The notes under the pieces were generated by a model that was not told where the DNA came from, did no database searches, and saw only the letters and a list, made by a program, of their open reading frames with translations. From positions 1-54,566 of the forward strand of contig JBIKUS010000001.1 of the NCBI GenBank assembly GCA_044347425.1: a stretch of DNA of 54,566 nucleotides, given 5' to 3'. Made by a program: the position numbers and the translations under genes. Of this stretch, positions 44,853-52,467 are shown in pieces; within the stretch, counting starts at the first letter, position 1, and each line of letters opens with the position of its first letter. Origin of the DNA: Vampirovibrionales bacterium (GTDB lineage: Bacteria; Cyanobacteriota; Vampirovibrionia; Vampirovibrionales; JAJTHC01).

Positions 44853-45987
44853 GGCTTACGCCAAGGCAACTTATCAACTCAGCAGCAGCAGCATGACCCG
44901 AGGCAAAGGCCGTTTGTACTTTACCTTCACCACCAAAGGCATCACCTGCCAGTACCAAGGGGGGTAAACCAGCCAAGCGCATACAGGGTGCTATCAGGGG
45001 GTTACGGGCAAAGGCGTAACGCCACAAATGCACCATGGTATGTTCGGGGTTGGGTAAGGGGTCGCCTGCCCATTGACCTAGGGCTTGCCATAACTGTTCG
45101 GCTACCCATGCTTTATCGGCCTCAAGGTGAGCGTCGCTCCAGTCGGGGCCAGCTTGCAAGGTAATCAGGTTGGCGGGATGAGGCCCTTTACCCCAACCTG
45201 CTTTAGTGGTGTTGTCGGCTACCCAGCCCAGCGTGGCTTTGGGGTTAAAGGCCTTAATCCCTTTGTAATAGCGTAGCTTTTCAAGGGGAGGAGTGAGGCT
45301 CGCTAGCATCGTCCAGCAAGCGGCATACTGCACAGAGGCCAATTGGGTGTGCTGTGCCTCCTCAAGCGTCAGTTGGCTTATGGCCAGTAAGGCCAAAGCT
45401 TGCGGTAGGGGGCAAGTTAACACCACAGCTTCGGCCAGCCATGGTTGTGTTAGGGGCGTTGCCCCTTCGGGGGTGACAGTTTCGCCCCACACTGCCCAGC
45501 CTTGAGCGGTAGGCTCAAGGCGAGTGATACGGGTGCTGAGGTGAAGCGTGGAAGCTGGCAAAGTGCTGGCCATAGCGTCGCATACGGTACGTATGCCCCC
45601 TTTGCCACCCACCCAACGGGTCGTTGGGCTAATGCGAGGGCTGCCCCAAGTGGTTTTGCCGTAATTGCCCGCATCCATTGAGCCTTTAAAACCGTCAAGG
45701 TGGTGCAGTTCTTCAAGCCAAGGCTTGACAATGCCTTGTTCGGCCAGCGTCTCTACAAAAGCGGCAAAGCCTAGGGCTTTGGCCGTAAGGTACTGCGCCC
45801 CATGGTCCCACCTAAGCTCGCCTTGACGACGGGTCGCCATACGGCCACCCACACCACGGCCTTTATCTACCACGGTAAGGCTAACGCCTTGTTGGTGTAG
45901 TTGGTTAGCAGCTGTAAGCCCTGCCATGCCAGCACCCACTATTAACACTTGGGTGGGGGACGAAGGCATGGCAGCAGATGGGGGCAT
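44845..45987 (-). CDS. FAD/NAD(P)-binding oxidoreductase (renalase/amine-oxidase-like)
   Basis: VLIVGAGMAGLTAANQL...VVDKGRGVGGRMATRR dinucleotide-binding motif. Its 3' end overlaps the lepB ORF start by 8 nt. Confidence 0.75.
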   Translation of the reverse strand: MPPSAAMPSSPTQVLIVGAGMAGLTAANQLHQQGVSLTVVDKGRGVGGRMATRRQGELRWDHGAQYLTAKALGFAAFVETLAEQGIVKPWLEELHHLDGFKGSMDAGNYGKTTWGSPRISPTTRWVGGKGGIRTVCDAMASTLPASTLHLSTRITRLEPTAQGWAVWGETVTPEGATPLTQPWLAEAVVLTCPLPQALALLAISQLTLEEAQHTQLASVQYAACWTMLASLTPPLEKLRYYKGIKAFNPKATLGWVADNTTKAGWGKGPHPANLITLQAGPDWSDAHLEADKAWVAEQLWQALGQWAGDPLPNPEHTMVHLWRYAFARNPLIAPCMRLAGLPPLVLAGDAFGGEGKVQTAFASGHAAAAELISCLGVSLV

Positions 45988-46062
45988 TACAGTGAATCTC
46001 GGCAGGTAACAAGCGACTAAAAACTTAGTATAGCATAAACCTTGGCCAGGGTAGGTGCCCTT

Positions 46063-46209
46063 TTATAAAGGGTTTCTGCCTTGAATAATACGTATCAACA
46101 CCGCTGCAACGGCTAACAACAGCAACACGTGAATCAACGAACCTAGCATGTGGGTGGTAGCACCTAACGCCCACAAAATAAACAAAATAACCGCAATGGT
46201 GTATAACAT
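46063..46209 (-). CDS. 48-aa small membrane protein of the lmo0937-like type (MLYTIAVILFILWALGATTHMLGSLIHVLLLLAVAAVLIRIIQGRNPL)
   Basis: ATG preceded by AAGGAG. Two-helix pattern typical of this very common small-protein family. Missed by the ORF track, which shows an out-of-frame 89-aa ORF instead. Confidence 0.7.
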   Translation of the reverse strand: MLYTIAVILFILWALGATTHMLGSLIHVLLLLAVAAVLIRIIQGRNPL

Positions 46210-46396
46210 CAGTCACTCCTTTAAAAGCAAAAGCCAAAGTAGGGCTACAAACACTGTACCCAAGGTGTGCTACCTTAGCACACGATTTTGGCAATAGCTA
46301 GTTAAGTTTTCTTTAACGCACGGGGAACTTAAGCAGGGGCTGTCTCGTCTCTACCAAGTAAAATGAGTTACCAACGCCTTCAAAAAACTGATATAG

Positions 46397-46410
46397 TAGC
46401 CCTAGGGCTA
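46397..46410. promoter_or_regulatory. perfect 14-bp palindrome TAGCCCTAGGGCTA overlapping a TATAGT -10-like hexamer (candidate operator)
   Basis: Read directly. Lies 41 nt upstream of the 46451 ATG. TTACCA-N18-TATAGT lies just upstream and overlaps it. Confidence 0.3.
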
Positions 46411-46450
46411 GTTGCCCTTACCTATCTAGCTTACTAAAGGAACCATCACC

Positions 46451-47284
46451 ATGTTATTTAGCTTTAGGTTAACTTATGTACTGGTGGCACTGCTAGCCAG
46501 TACTAGCTTACTGCCCCTTGCAGCACACGCTAACGATGCGTTTACGCCCATGGGGCAAGCTCAGCCTTCTTACAACCAGCCTTATGGTAACCAGTCCTCG
46601 GGTGGGTACGATGCTGGCTACACTACCCCCCTGCAAGGCCGTGTAGTCACCGTACCCATGGGGACGGTTATCAGCACGACGCTTAGCACCAACCTCTCCA
46701 GCGAATATGCTCGCCCTGGTGATAGGGTAACAGTGCAAGTAAGCCAGCCCGTGGTGTTTAACGGCCAGCTTGCTTTGCCAGCAGGCTCAACCGTTGAGGG
46801 GCAAGTGGCCAACGTGGTACCTAGCGGTATGGCGGGGCGCAATGGCTCGTTAGATATTAGGTTTAACATGGCTCGTTTGCCCAACGGGCAGAGCATACCC
46901 TTACAAGGGCGGGTGCAAACCAACGACGGTACGGGCGTGCTAACGGCAGGCACCACAGCCAACAGGTTTGGCCAAGCTGCCCTTAAAACAGGTGGCGGAG
47001 CCGCTGCTGGTGCGTTGTTAGGTACTGCCATGGGGCCCCTTTCGGGTGGGCAAGTAGGCAGGGGAGCCATTTACGGCACGGCCGTGGGTGCTGGCTTAGG
47101 CTTAGGGGCGGCTGCTTTAAGCAAAGGCAAACAGGTAGAGGTCACTTCAGGGTCGCCCATTAACATTGTGCTGGACCAACCTTTAATGCTAGGCGGTGGT
47201 ACGGGGATGCAAAACCAGCCCATGCAACAAGCCCAACCCAGTGGTGCTAGCTACGGTCAAGGTGGTTCGTTTTACGGCTACTAG
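46451..47284 (+). CDS. secreted protein with a TrbI/VirB10-like beta domain and a Gly-zipper segment
   Basis: Signal peptide ending LAAHA. VTVPMGTVISTTLSTNLSSEYARPGDRVTVQV...LPAGSTVEGQV...GRNGSLDIRFNMARLPNGQSIPL follows the TrbI/VirB10 C-domain pattern. Confidence 0.6.
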   Translation: MLFSFRLTYVLVALLASTSLLPLAAHANDAFTPMGQAQPSYNQPYGNQSSGGYDAGYTTPLQGRVVTVPMGTVISTTLSTNLSSEYARPGDRVTVQVSQPVVFNGQLALPAGSTVEGQVANVVPSGMAGRNGSLDIRFNMARLPNGQSIPLQGRVQTNDGTGVLTAGTTANRFGQAALKTGGGAAAGALLGTAMGPLSGGQVGRGAIYGTAVGAGLGLGAAALSKGKQVEVTSGSPINIVLDQPLMLGGGTGMQNQPMQQAQPSGASYGQGGSFYGY

Positions 47285-47307
47285 GGGCTTTGCTTAACTT
47301 TATGCCT

Positions 47308-47338
47308 AAGGGAGCGAAGTGACTGACCTCGCTCCCTT
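47308..47338. terminator. 10-bp hairpin between convergent genes (bidirectional terminator candidate)
   Basis: AAGGGAGCGA-N11-TCGCTCCCTT, located between the stops at 47284 (+) and 47371 (-). Confidence 0.6.
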
Positions 47339-47370
47339 GGGTGTTTGAATACTTCAACGTAACGGTTGAC

Positions 47371-49128
47371 CTAGGCAGCAGCTGGCTCGGGTTCGGGCTT
47401 CACTTCTTCGGCGGGTGGAGCTTGTTCAGCAGGTGGGGCTTCGCTCGCTTCGGGGGCAGGCGTTGCTTCAGCGGCGGGGGTCTCTGCAGGAGGTGCTTCG
47501 GCCTCAGCTTTGGCTTTTTCGGCAGCAGCAGCAGCTTGCTCATTGGCAACGTCGGCTTTGGCCTGTGCTACTTCGCCTTCAACCACGGTCTCCGTCGTTT
47601 CGGCGGTATCGGTAGCACTGGCGGCTTGGGTAGCTGTGGTATCAGCGGTATCGGCTGTGCTTTTAGCTTGGTCAGCTTTAGCCTCGGCGGCTACCTCTTG
47701 CGTTGTGTCTGCGGGAGGAGGCGTGGCTTCTGTTTCTGTTGTTTCTGTCGAGGCTGCCACGGCTTCGGTAGAGGCTTCCTCATCGTCAGCCACTTCAATA
47801 AAGGTGCCATCAGTTTCTAGCGTAACCATTTGCCCACCAACGGCTACTTGGTACTTACCGTCGTCTGTGCGTTCAATCACCACGTCCTCACTATCTACGG
47901 GTGTAGGTGGTGGGGTGGGAGCAGCAGCGGCGGCATTAGCTTCGGCGGCAGCGGCCGTTGCGGCGGCAGCAGCGGCTTCAGCGGCAGCGGCAGCGGTGTT
48001 AGCACGAGCTTCGGCAGCGGCCGTTGCTGCTTTAGCGGCGGCTAAATCAGCCTCTACCTTAGACAGTCTTGCTTCAGCACTTTCAACACGTTCTTCGGTC
48101 GAAGGTTCGGCAGGCGTGTCTACTTCATCATCTGTACCCGTGGCTGGTGTAGGTGTGGTGGTGGCACCTGCATTGGTTGTATTACCAGCATCATCAGCTT
48201 CCTCGGTAGGGGCAACATCGGCCGTACCACCAGTACCATTGGCTGCACCAGCGTCATCAGCTGCGTCAGCACCATCGGTTGCCCCAGCGTCATCAGCTCC
48301 ATCGGCACCATCGGCTGCTCCAGCGTCATCAGCTCCATCGGCACCATCGGCTGCTCCAGCGTCATCAGCTCCATCAGCACTATCGGCTGCACCAGCGTCA
48401 TCAGCTGCGTCGGCACCATCGGCTGCACCAGCGTCATCAGCTCCGTCGGCACCATCGGCTGCACCAGCGTCACCTGCATTATTATTGTTGTTAGCAGCCC
48501 CCGCATTATTATTATTATTGTTGGCTCTACCAGGCGATGCCATAATAACTTGGTTGCCTAAGCCACCAGCGGCTCCTGTACCAAGCACTTGGGTACCTAA
48601 ACCGCCACCTAATTGGTTAAGGTTTAACATACCACTGTTGCCGCCGAGCATCATCAAAAAGGGCAGTAGTGGGCCAAGCATACCCAATAGTCCGCCTTGG
48701 CCACCCATGATGCCAAACATGCCGTTGGTAGTAGTACCACCAGTTAATGTGTTGCCAAAGCCAAGGCCAGTATTGCCAAGTAAGTTTCGTTCAATTTCGG
48801 CGGCACGGGTACCAAAAAAGCCCCCCGCCCCAAAACCAAAATTAGAGCCTACACCCAAGCCCAAGGGGGCATCATTAAGGGTTGTACTACCTACACCTGT
48901 GCCAAACGTACTAAATGCCTCTGGGCCAAGCGGAATGGTGGTATTAAACAGGGCTGCATTTTGCTGCACACCTAAGGGGTCAGTCGTCCCCCCTATACCC
49001 GTTGCTGGGGGCAAAAAAGCTAGCTCTTGAAAGTTGGTAGCTTGGGCGGTTGCGTTAGGTAAATTAAAGGCCTGCGCTGCTAGTGCAGGGTCAAGAGCAA
49101 ATGTGCGAAAGTCAGGAGCGAATGACAT
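47371..49128 (-). CDS. 585-aa low-complexity protein (FG/GLFG-like Gly-rich region, poly-Asn, acidic DGAD repeats, Ala-rich helix, small beta module, Pro/Ala/Glu tail)
   Basis: ATG at 49128 with AAGGTG upstream. Uninterrupted 1758-nt frame. The convergent terminator sits just past its stop. The antisense 506-aa ORF has only a TTG start. Confidence 0.6.
   Translation of the reverse strand: MSFAPDFRTFALDPALAAQAFNLPNATAQATNFQELAFLPPATGIGGTTDPLGVQQNAALFNTTIPLGPEAFSTFGTGVGSTTLNDAPLGLGVGSNFGFGAGGFFGTRAAEIERNLLGNTGLGFGNTLTGGTTTNGMFGIMGGQGGLLGMLGPLLPFLMMLGGNSGMLNLNQLGGGLGTQVLGTGAAGGLGNQVIMASPGRANNNNNNAGAANNNNNAGDAGAADGADGADDAGAADGADAADDAGAADSADGADDAGAADGADGADDAGAADGADGADDAGATDGADAADDAGAANGTGGTADVAPTEEADDAGNTTNAGATTTPTPATGTDDEVDTPAEPSTEERVESAEARLSKVEADLAAAKAATAAAEARANTAAAAAEAAAAAATAAAAEANAAAAAPTPPPTPVDSEDVVIERTDDGKYQVAVGGQMVTLETDGTFIEVADDEEASTEAVAASTETTETEATPPPADTTQEVAAEAKADQAKSTADTADTTATQAASATDTAETTETVVEGEVAQAKADVANEQAAAAAEKAKAEAEAPPAETPAAEATPAPEASEAPPAEQAPPAEEVKPEPEPAAA
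48241..48472. repeat. 36-bp tandem repeat, about 6.4 copies (coding; 12-aa unit DGADGADDAGAA on the minus strand)
   Basis: Units at 48241, 48277, 48313, 48349, 48385 and 48421, plus a partial unit. 1-4 substitutions per unit. Confidence 0.95.
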
Positions 49129-49450
49129 AGGATAGTGTCACCTTAAGAGATGGGGTAAAGTGCTACACAGGCAAGTTAAGCTAAAGCGTGCAACTTATGT
49201 TGACAGGGCAGAGAGTTGAGTGTTTTGAGAAAAGCGAGAGAGGGAAGGAGGTATTGCGTTAGGTAGACAGAGTAAGCTTTGAAGCAACCTACACCACTTA
49301 CACTTAAGAGTATAGCACAACGACTTATTTTTTAAATATACTTATTATATTATTTACACTCTGTAACAACAGCAAAACAACGCTAAAGGAGTCTTGATAG
49401 TAAGATTGCCCACCGTCTCCACCCACCCCTGTAGTATAGCAGCACAAGGG

Positions 49451-49479
49451 TTGTCATCTTTTTTAAACCATGGTATAGT
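49451..49479 (+). promoter_or_regulatory. sigma70-type promoter candidate for the ilvB leader
   Basis: TTGTCA (49451-56), a 17-nt spacer, then TGgTATAGT (extended -10, hexamer at 49474-79). Confidence 0.55.
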
Positions 49480-49567
49480 GCAAAAACTAAGGTTAGGTGT
49501 TGTTTTGACACCAACCTAAGTACTTGCGTATTTTTTAACCTTGTTATCTGCCCACAGAGACGATACC

Positions 49568-49675
49568 ATGACACGCCAAGCCTTTTTAACCACACCTGTC
49601 GTTTTGCAGCTTGCCCCTGTGTCTTTTGTCGTCCTTAGCCTCGTCCTTATTGGCCTTGCCGGTGGGGTTAGCTAA
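49568..49675 (+). CDS. 35-aa Val/Leu-rich leader peptide candidate (MTRQAFLTTPVVLQLAPVSFVVLSLVLIGLAGGVS)
   Basis: 15 of 35 residues are Val/Leu/Ile. Lies between the promoter and terminator upstream of ilvB. Its 3' end carries the antiterminator arm. Confidence 0.55.
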   Translation: MTRQAFLTTPVVLQLAPVSFVVLSLVLIGLAGGVS

Positions 49676-49705
49676 GCTGCAGTAACGCAACATTAAGCTC
49701 AACAC

Positions 49706-49738
49706 TCACCGGCTAGCACAAGCGGCCGGTGATTTTTT
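49706..49738 (+). terminator. rho-independent terminator (attenuator) upstream of ilvB
   Basis: TCACCGGC-N11-GCCGGTGA, an 8-bp stem followed by TTTTTT (49733-38), 170 nt upstream of the ilvB ATG. Confidence 0.8.
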
Positions 49739-49908
49739 GTTTAAACACTTACAGTTATTTTTTGGAGATTGACCCCTTTATGCTGTCACAACGCCCCAAG
49801 CTCACCCAGTTTGTTACTAGCCCCCAGGTACATGGTGTACCTAGCCGAGGCGGTTGCATCATGCAGCCACAACCCACAGCATAACCCGTTTTGAAAGGAT
49901 TTTTCGCC

Positions 49909-51771
49909 ATGATGATGATGGCCATCGCCACTCGCCCCAACGCCCAAACCAACCGTATTTCACCAGCTTATGCTGCCCCTGCCGCTTTGGCGCAACCCGC
50001 CAACATGGCTAACCCCATGGCCAGCCCTCCTCAAGCCCAAGCACTTTGCGCCCACGACATGTCTGGGGCGAAAATTTTTTGCCAAGCTTTGGTTGATTCT
50101 GGTGTGACAGACGTGTTTGGCTACCCTGGTGGCGTTATCTTGCCCATCTATGACGCTTTGGCCGACTATCCACAGTTAAAACACTACCTTGTTCGCCATG
50201 AACAAGGCGCCACCCACATGGCCGAAGGCTACGCCAAAAGTACAGGCAAGCCAGGCGTGGTACTGGTGACCAGTGGGCCTGGGGCTACCAACATCGTCAC
50301 AGGCGTGGCCAATGCCTACTACGATTCTACCCCGCTGGTGGTGTTTACTGGCAACGTACCTACCCACATGTTAGGTAATGATGCCTTTCAAGAAGCGGAT
50401 ATTTTAAGCATTACCCGCGCCTGCACCAAACACAACATTATTGTGCGCGACGTTAAAGACCTATGCCGTAGTATTAAAGAAGCCTTCCACGTGGCGACTA
50501 CTGGCCGCCCTGGCCCTGTTGTGGTGGATTTACCCAAAGACGTGATTACGGCCATGGCCACCTACAATTTTGACGCTACTGAGTGCAACTTACCCGCCTA
50601 TAACCCCGCCCCTGCCCCTGTGCAACCCGCCGATATTGACGAATTACTGGCCTTGTTGGCCGAAGCCAAGCAACCCGTTATTTTAGCAGGCGGTGGCGTG
50701 GTCAACAGCGGAGCTAACGCTGAATTGCTGGCCTTTGCCGAACACTTTAATCTGCCCGTGGCCTCGTCGTTAATGGGGTTGGGGGGCTTTCCCTCTCGGC
50801 ACCCCTTATTTATGGGCTTTGCGGGTATGCACGGTATGTACTGGGCTAACATTGCTATTGCCAAGGCTGATTTAGTGGTAGTGATTGGCAACCGCCTGAA
50901 CGAACGCCAAACAGGCAAGGCCGACCGCTTTGCTCGTAACGCCAAAATAGTGCATATTGACTTAGACCCCAGTAACTTGGGCAAAAACGTGCCAGCCTTC
51001 TTACCCATAGCGGGCGACGTTAAAGAGATTCTGCAACACACCCTGTCGCAAGCCGACGTTTGCCCCCACGATTTTACCGACGCTTTGGCCAGCCGAGCTG
51101 CATGGTTGGCTCAAATTGAGGCCATGAAACGCCGTAAGCCCATGCCTATCCACAGTGGGCAAGGGTGCATGACCCCTCAATACGCCATTGAGCGTGTGAT
51201 GGCAGCCCTGCCCGCTGACAACGCTTTTGTCACCACCGAAGTAGGCCAACACCAAATGTGGACGGCGCAACGCTTCAACATTGACCGCCCCCGTAGCTTC
51301 GTCACCAGTGGCGGGTTGGGGACAATGGGCTTTGGCTTCCCCGCTGCTATTGGCATACAAGTGGCTCACCCCACCGCTACCGTGGTGGATATTGCGGGCG
51401 ATGGTAGCTTCCAGATGACCTTGCAAGAGCTGGCCACCGCTGCCGACTACAAACTGCCTGTTAAAGTGGTGATTATCAACAACAGCCGCTTGGGTATGAT
51501 TAGGCAATGGCAAGATAAAATGTACGGCCGTCAAAGCGAAGCTACCATGGGCAGCCCCGACTATGTACTGCTGGCCAAGGCCTTTGGGGGCGAGGGGTTT
51601 GTAGTAGAGCGTGCCGAAGATGCCGATGCCGTTTTAGCCCAAGCCATGGCCATAACAGATAGACCCGTGATTGTGGATATGCGTGTGGCCGAAACTTGCG
51701 ACGTGTACCCATGGGTACCTGCAGGCAGTGGCAACGAAGAGATGCTAAACGACACACCCCCCACCCCCTAG
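49909..51771 (+). CDS. ilvB: acetolactate synthase (acetohydroxyacid synthase) large subunit
   Basis: GAKIFCQALVDSGVTDVFGYPGGVILPIYDAL and the TPP motif GDGSFQMTLQELAT...NN. ATG at 49909 follows AAAGGA. Confidence 0.95.
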   Translation: MMMMAIATRPNAQTNRISPAYAAPAALAQPANMANPMASPPQAQALCAHDMSGAKIFCQALVDSGVTDVFGYPGGVILPIYDALADYPQLKHYLVRHEQGATHMAEGYAKSTGKPGVVLVTSGPGATNIVTGVANAYYDSTPLVVFTGNVPTHMLGNDAFQEADILSITRACTKHNIIVRDVKDLCRSIKEAFHVATTGRPGPVVVDLPKDVITAMATYNFDATECNLPAYNPAPAPVQPADIDELLALLAEAKQPVILAGGGVVNSGANAELLAFAEHFNLPVASSLMGLGGFPSRHPLFMGFAGMHGMYWANIAIAKADLVVVIGNRLNERQTGKADRFARNAKIVHIDLDPSNLGKNVPAFLPIAGDVKEILQHTLSQADVCPHDFTDALASRAAWLAQIEAMKRRKPMPIHSGQGCMTPQYAIERVMAALPADNAFVTTEVGQHQMWTAQRFNIDRPRSFVTSGGLGTMGFGFPAAIGIQVAHPTATVVDIAGDGSFQMTLQELATAADYKLPVKVVIINNSRLGMIRQWQDKMYGRQSEATMGSPDYVLLAKAFGGEGFVVERAEDADAVLAQAMAITDRPVIVDMRVAETCDVYPWVPAGSGNEEMLNDTPPTP

Positions 51772-51785
51772 CTTGTATGGGGTGC

Positions 51786-52417
51786 TTATTTAAACAAGTC
51801 TAAGTAGGCTACTTCACGACCAGCTATATAGTCGGGGCTAAAAGTGCCAGGTTTTATACCAGCATAACGATAATACGTTTCAATTTGGTTACCTTTATTA
51901 AACCAATAAATAACTATTTTGTTTTGATAAAGAAAATGGCCGTGGTGTACGCTGCCACCGCCATGGTTATCATAAGGTCCTAGGATCATTGCCCCACCTG
52001 TGTTGAGTTCAATGACATAAAATGTCGGCTGGTATTTACCGCAATCGGGTTGCGTATCGTTAGGTACACAGGCCAGTTTGTAGTTGAGGTTGGCTAACAA
52101 ATAGTGGTAGGTGGTCATCAATGTTGAGCTATGGTTTATAGCCCCTGTTTGCCAGCCATTGTACATTGCCTGCTGAAAGGTAGCAAAGGTATCTTTCAAT
52201 ACCGCGTTACTCTGGGTTTCTTCAATACCATAAAGCACCTTGGGGATGGTAAAAGTAGCAATTAGCCCAATGATGCTCAGCGTAACCAGCAATTCTGCTA
52301 GGGTAAAGCCCCTTTTTGGGCTATACTTTTGCTTGAGGCTTGAGGCTTGAGGCTTGAGGCTTGAGGCTTGAGGCTTGAGGCTTGAGGCTTGAGGCTTGAG
52401 GCTTGAGGCTTGATCAT
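51786..52417 (-). pseudogene. type IV pilin-like (prepilin N-methylation motif) gene whose ATG is out of frame because of an 11-copy heptanucleotide tract (phase-OFF state)
   Basis: Pilin frame reads QKYSPKRG/FTLAELLVTLSIIGLIATFTIPK plus a Cys pair (CVPNDTQPDC). The ATG at 52417 is 107 nt from the Gly codon. Confidence 0.8.
52332..52408. repeat. heptanucleotide repeat, 11 perfect copies (CTTGAGG on plus, CCTCAAG in the coding sense)
   Basis: Counted directly: units start at 52332, 52339 and so on to 52402, followed by a partial CTTGA. Confidence 0.98.
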
Positions 52418-52467
52418 AGGATAGTAAGCTCCTGTAAAATTTTTGTAAAGGCGTTTTGCATAGGGTT

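Noticed and set aside
46025-46294. 89-aa minus-strand ORF
   Set aside because: It is out of frame with the better-supported 48-aa lmo0937-like gene (strong AAGGAG SD). Its translation is Cys/His/Tyr-rich with no features.
48241-48525. Regularly spaced repeats, considered as a possible CRISPR array. The heptamer tract at 52332 and the 12-mers at 7791 were considered in the same way.
   Set aside because: The units are contiguous with no unique spacers, and they lie inside a coding frame or leader. They are tandem repeats or SSRs, not CRISPR. No cas genes are in the window.
47510-49030. 506-aa plus-strand Ala/Ser/Val-rich ORF antisense to the 585-aa gene
   Set aside because: It has only a TTG start and no SD. 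The minus-strand ORF has ATG plus an SD, and the convergent terminator hairpin sits just past its stop. GC-rich repeats keep both strands open. Strand choice remains about 60:40.
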